Below, in pieces: positions 33,620 through 37,358 of a stretch of DNA of 37,358 nucleotides (within the stretch, counting starts at the first letter, position 1; each line of letters begins with the position of its first letter). Under the pieces are notes generated by a model. That model was not told the DNA's origin. It did not search any database and was given only the letters and a program-made list of their open reading frames with translations. Where the stretch lies: IMG/VR virus record IMGVR_UViG_3300043414_000188, positions 1-37,358 of that record; one strand, 5' to 3'. The position numbers and the translations under genes are program-made. The stretch is from a virus. Taxonomy: Duplodnaviria; Caudoviricetes.

Positions 33620-34627
33620 ATGATGATACCAGAGCCAGAAGTAACAATTACCAGTTTAATTGACAAAGCCCACGAAGCACGGCCAGAGCAGCCCCGTGCC
33701 CACATGGGGGCCAGCACTCTAGGCCACCATTGCGAAAGGTGGCTTTGGCTGTCGTTTCGATGGGCGGTGCAAGAAAAGTTCAAGGGACGGATACTGCGCT
33801 TGTTTCGCAGAGGCCAAAATGAAGAATCCACTATCATCAGTGACCTTCGCGCCATTGGGATGAGCGTGACAGGCACTCAGCGCAAGGTTGATTTTGGAAG
33901 CCATGTATCAGGCAGCTTGGATGGCATTGGCAAGGGTGTGCCTGGTGCGGCCAAGACTGAACATGTTTTGGAATTCAAGACCCATAGCCTCAAGTCGTTC
34001 AACGACCTAGAGAAAAATGGCGTAGCAAAGAGTAAGCCCATGCACTTTACACAGTGCCAAGTGTACATGCACGGCACCGAGTTAAAACGTGCCTTGTACG
34101 TGGCTATCTGCAAGGACGATGACAGAATCTATACCGAGCGTTTAGAGTATGACATTGACCATGCTCTGAAGGCTATTGCAAGGGGTCAGCGGTTAACCCT
34201 TACCGACAGACTGCCTCCACCAATTAGTGTTGACCCAACATGGTTTGAATGCAAGATGTGCGCGGCGCATGACTTCTGCCACGGAAGCAAGACCACCAAA
34301 GAGGTCAACTGCCGCACCTGCGCCCATGCAACGCCTTTGTCCGATTCGACTTGGCACTGCGCCAAATGGGACGATGTAATACCCACAGAGTCTCAGCATA
34401 CCGGTTGCGATAGCCACGTCTTGCACCCTGACTTGGTGCCGTGGAAGCGCTTAGAAAGCCCTAGCGACTGGGTGGCCGTCTATGAGATCAATGGCTTGGG
34501 CTTGGCTAATGGTGAGCCAGGCGAGGGCGTGTACTCCAGCAAGGAACTACTTGCCAATGCTGCGGCTTGCGCTGACCCTACGGTAAACCGGTTGCGTGGT
34601 GAGTTTGATGCGAGGGTGGTGGCGTAA
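33620..34627 (+). CDS. Cas4-like PD-(D/E)XK exonuclease
   Basis: GAS.LGH.CER, GSLDG, LEFKT, Q.Q.YM motifs and C-terminal Cys clusters CKMC...C and CRTC...C...C. Confidence 0.88.
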   Translation: MMIPEPEVTITSLIDKAHEARPEQPRAHMGASTLGHHCERWLWLSFRWAVQEKFKGRILRLFRRGQNEESTIISDLRAIGMSVTGTQRKVDFGSHVSGSLDGIGKGVPGAAKTEHVLEFKTHSLKSFNDLEKNGVAKSKPMHFTQCQVYMHGTELKRALYVAICKDDDRIYTERLEYDIDHALKAIARGQRLTLTDRLPPPISVDPTWFECKMCAAHDFCHGSKTTKEVNCRTCAHATPLSDSTWHCAKWDDVIPTESQHTGCDSHVLHPDLVPWKRLESPSDWVAVYEINGLGLANGEPGEGVYSSKELLANAAACADPTVNRLRGEFDARVVA

Positions 34628-34917
34628 TGCTTAAACAAGTAAAACCACCTTCAGAGCCGCCATACTGGGTTTGCGTCGAATGCAATTGGGCTTGGCAATC
34701 ATTGCAAGAGGCTAACCGCCATGCTTGCAATGGGAACCCACCAGCAAAACCAGCGTTTCAGAGTTTTACAAGCAAGCCCCAATACAAAACAGTCTGGGTG
34801 CCACCTAAGCCACAAAAAGCAATCTGCGAGCGCTTGGGTGTTTGTCAGTCTAAGACTGCACCAAGTTGCCGGACTGGTGTTTGTAGATTGGCGGTGCCTG
34901 TGAAGGTTGTTGGATGA
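34627..34917 (+). CDS. 96-aa Cys-rich hypothetical protein (CVEC...HAC zinc-finger-like)
   Basis: TAATG coupling to the exonuclease. Confidence 0.55.
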   Translation: MLKQVKPPSEPPYWVCVECNWAWQSLQEANRHACNGNPPAKPAFQSFTSKPQYKTVWVPPKPQKAICERLGVCQSKTAPSCRTGVCRLAVPVKVVG

Positions 34918-34938
34918 TGTTATAATGTAAACATTATC
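34918..34938 (+). promoter_or_regulatory. Extended -10 promoter for the HNH gene, overlapping a short palindrome
   Basis: TGtTATAAT at 34918-34926, TAATGT-AA-ACATTA dyad, TAAGGA RBS downstream. Confidence 0.55.
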
Positions 34939-34960
34939 ACTAAGTAAGGATTTTTATATT

Positions 34961-35665
34961 ATGGGCAAGCCATCTATTGATCTAACCGGACAAAAATTCT
35001 ACCGTTGGACGGTAATTTCTAAAGCGGAAAAACCTAAAAGTGCCAAGCAAACAGGTAATTTTTGGCATTGTTTGTGTGAATGTGGAACGCATCGTGTGGT
35101 GTATGGAACAACTGTGAAAAATGGTGGAAGCAAGTCTTGCGGTTGCTTGAAATCAGAAAAAAGTTCAATTGCCATGAAAACAATGAGGCTTCAACAATCC
35201 GGTACTTTAGAACAAAGGTTTTTTTCTCGTTTTGCAAAACTTGAAAACGGATGCTGGCAATGGCGATCACATACAGATAAAGATGGCTACGGGGTTTTGC
35301 CGGGTGACTCAAAAAACACCAGAGCGCACCGGCTTTCTTATGAGATTCACAACGGGCCAATACCAGATGAAATGGTTGTTTGCCATAAATGCGATAACCC
35401 AGGATGTGTTAATCCAGATCATCTATTCGTTGGAACAGTAAAAGATAACGCACAAGACGCTTTAAAAAAAGGACGCCACTATGTTGGCGAAAAAAATGGT
35501 AGGGCAAAAATTACTGACCAACAAGCCAATGAAATTAAAACGTCAATAAAAAACGGGCCTGAACTTGCTCAAATTTATGGCGTAACCAGATCAACAATTA
35601 ATAGAATTAAAAGAGGTGAATCTTGTCACAAATGCAACTTAGAGAATATCAAACTAGAAGCCTAA
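34961..35665 (+). CDS. Free-standing HNH homing endonuclease
   Basis: DLTGQKF...WHCLCECG...SCGC N-domain, CWQW...GYG...AHR.SY...[21 protein letters not shown] core, and a C-terminal HTH. Confidence 0.9.
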   Translation: MGKPSIDLTGQKFYRWTVISKAEKPKSAKQTGNFWHCLCECGTHRVVYGTTVKNGGSKSCGCLKSEKSSIAMKTMRLQQSGTLEQRFFSRFAKLENGCWQWRSHTDKDGYGVLPGDSKNTRAHRLSYEIHNGPIPDEMVVCHKCDNPGCVNPDHLFVGTVKDNAQDALKKGRHYVGEKNGRAKITDQQANEIKTSIKNGPELAQIYGVTRSTINRIKRGESCHKCNLENIKLEA

Positions 35666-37218
35666 CAATGCTTTATGACTGGATGGAGCGCAATTCGGGA
35701 AATCCATGTGTTTCATTGCCTACAGGAAGCGGTAAAAGTGTTGTTATTGCTGAACTTTGTAGGCAAGCTGTAACTGAATGGCCTGAAACAAAAATTCTTA
35801 TGCTTACCAGGAGCAAAGAATTGATTGAGCAAAATTACGCAAAATTAAGGACAATTTGGCCGAATGCGCCCGTTGGAATTTACAGCGCCAGTGTAGGAAG
35901 AAAAGAATTGGGTGAACCAATAACCATTGCAGGGCCATTGTCAATCATCAAGAGACTAGATCAAATTGGTCACATAGATTTGCTTATTTGTGATGAGTGT
36001 CACGACATTTCACACAAGGATGAAGGAAGTTATCGAAAAATCATTAGCAAACTGCTAGAGATAAATCAGAACCTGCGCGTCATTGGATATACAGCTTCTC
36101 CATTCAGAATGGGACATGGCTACATTACTGACAAATCAGCTATTTTTGATTCATTAATTGAGCCTGTAAGCATTGAAGAATTAATTTTTAAGGGATTTTT
36201 GTCACCACTTCGCAGCAAACTGCCAAAATTTCAAATTAGTACCGATGGAGTAAAAAAGCGTGGCGGCGAATACATTGAAAGCGAACTGCAAAAGGTTGTT
36301 GACACTAAGGATAACAATGAGCGAATGGTTAATGAAGTCATTGAAAAGGCATTAAACAGAAAATGCTGGATGGTTTTTTGTACTGGCGTGGCACATGCTC
36401 AACACATTGCCGATTTGTTGAACCAAAAAGGAATAGCTGCTATTGCCGTGACTGGTGACATGCCAAAAACTGAACGGGAAAAAGCTATTGAAGATTTCAA
36501 ATCAGGAAAAATTAAGGCGGTTACAAATGTTAATTGTTTAAGCACTGGCTTTGACCACGGAGAAATTGACTTGCTTGTAATGGCTAGGCCAACTTGCAGT
36601 CCGGGAATTTATCTCCAACAAGGGGGTCGTGGCCTGCGGATCGCGCCGGGTAAAACCGACTGCCTAGTTTTAGACTTTGCAGGCGTGGTGGAACAGCACG
36701 GCCCAATTACCGCCGTTAGGCCACCAGCAAAGAAGGGCGACAAGGTGGGCGAGGCACCCGTTAAGGTCTGCGACCACTGCCAAGAGATATGCGCTTTATC
36801 GGTGCGGGTTTGCCCAGCTTGCGGCGCAGAGTTCCCCGAGCCGGTGAAGCCAGCGCTCAAACTGTCCAACTTAGACATTATGGGCGTGGAGGGCGTGGAC
36901 CTTGACGTTACCGCGTGGACCTGGCGCAAGCACATAAGCCGCGCCAGTGGTAAGGAGATGTTGAGCCTCACCTACTATGGGGGCCTGAGTGACGCACCAG
37001 TGACCGAATACCTGGCCGTAACGCACGACGGGTACGCCGGAGAAAAGAGCAGGCGACTATTAACCGACATAGCTTACAAGGCAGGCGTGGCGTTAGATTA
37101 CAGCGTAGCCGACCTGCATGAGATGGCGCAGCAGCTTACCGAGGGTGAGCCGCCAAGCCACATAGAATTTAAACGCGAAGGCAAGTTTTTTACCGTACTT
37201 AAAAGGAGTTGGAATTAA
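35632..37218 (+). CDS. SF2 DExH helicase, RadD/YejH-like, with C-terminal Zn finger
   Basis: [33 protein letters not shown] and CDHC...CPACG motifs. Alternative start at TTG 35623. Confidence 0.92.
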   Translation: MQLREYQTRSLTMLYDWMERNSGNPCVSLPTGSGKSVVIAELCRQAVTEWPETKILMLTRSKELIEQNYAKLRTIWPNAPVGIYSASVGRKELGEPITIAGPLSIIKRLDQIGHIDLLICDECHDISHKDEGSYRKIISKLLEINQNLRVIGYTASPFRMGHGYITDKSAIFDSLIEPVSIEELIFKGFLSPLRSKLPKFQISTDGVKKRGGEYIESELQKVVDTKDNNERMVNEVIEKALNRKCWMVFCTGVAHAQHIADLLNQKGIAAIAVTGDMPKTEREKAIEDFKSGKIKAVTNVNCLSTGFDHGEIDLLVMARPTCSPGIYLQQGGRGLRIAPGKTDCLVLDFAGVVEQHGPITAVRPPAKKGDKVGEAPVKVCDHCQEICALSVRVCPACGAEFPEPVKPALKLSNLDIMGVEGVDLDVTAWTWRKHISRASGKEMLSLTYYGGLSDAPVTEYLAVTHDGYAGEKSRRLLTDIAYKAGVALDYSVADLHEMAQQLTEGEPPSHIEFKREGKFFTVLKRSWN

Positions 37219-37358
37219 TGAGACACCCCGAACCCGAAATAGTCACCATATACCTCAAAACCCTGAGAGCCGAGCCGCCAAAGGTATGTCACCTTTGCGA
37301 CAACTATAACAAGCATGGTATTTGTGATGAGTTTAATGATGTGCCGCCTGAGAGCTTT
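37218..37358 (+). CDS. Small Cys-containing protein, truncated at the window edge (MRHPEPEIV...PPKVCHLCDNY...C)
   Basis: Translated by hand. TAATG coupling and AGGAG RBS. Confidence 0.7.
   Translation, partial: MRHPEPEIVTIYLKTLRAEPPKVCHLCDNYNKHGICDEFNDVPPESF

Larger units (their letters stand above)
1..37358. mobile_element. P22-like podovirus (Caudoviricetes), near-complete genome or genome fragment
   Basis: Ordered terminase-portal-scaffold-P22 coat-adaptor-gp10 hub-ejection-lysis genes plus a phage replication/recombination module. No bacterial housekeeping genes, no tail tube, sheath or tape measure. Confidence 0.95.

Noticed and set aside
33620-34627. Cas4-like gene as part of a CRISPR-Cas system
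   Set aside because: No cas1, cas2 or array. It sits in a standard Sak4/SSB/helicase recombination operon.
1-37358. Prophage status, tRNA genes or terminal repeats
   Set aside because: No integrase, att-like host junction, cloverleaf or end-to-end repeat was seen by eye. Both ends fall inside genes, so lifestyle and termini cannot be settled from this window.

Overview
The window looks like most of the genome of a P22-like (short-tailed, probably headful-packaging) dsDNA phage of a Gram-negative host. It is cut inside genes at both ends. From left to right it holds: (1) a leftward cluster of small genes with a GP88-like Fe-S protein (1-1881); (2) a repeat-rich non-coding control region (1900-2160); (3) a rightward virion operon with terminase small/large subunits, P22-like portal, accessory fibre/tailspike genes, scaffold, P22-like coat, head-tail adaptor, gp10-like hub and three ejection proteins, followed by a lysis module of two holin-like genes and a peptidase M15 endolysin (2213-26217); (4) a convergent leftward array of about 15 tiny, translationally coupled genes ending at a Toprim primase/AAA helicase (26205-31647); (5) a divergent rightward DNA-metabolism operon with a Sak4-like ATPase, DUF669-like SSB, Cas4-like exonuclease, HNH endonuclease and RadD/YejH-like SF2 helicase (31765-37358). 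I saw no integrase, repressor, tRNA, CRISPR array, reverse transcriptase or DNA polymerase. Family names come from motif recognition, not from database searches. The best leads are a possible peptide/adaptor docking scheme for several receptor-binding proteins, a GP88 plus CCGCC-peptide pair bounded by RNA hairpins, a symmetric TGCATC array, a duplicated AACCGTA-hairpin leader, and a probable HNH co-conversion tract.
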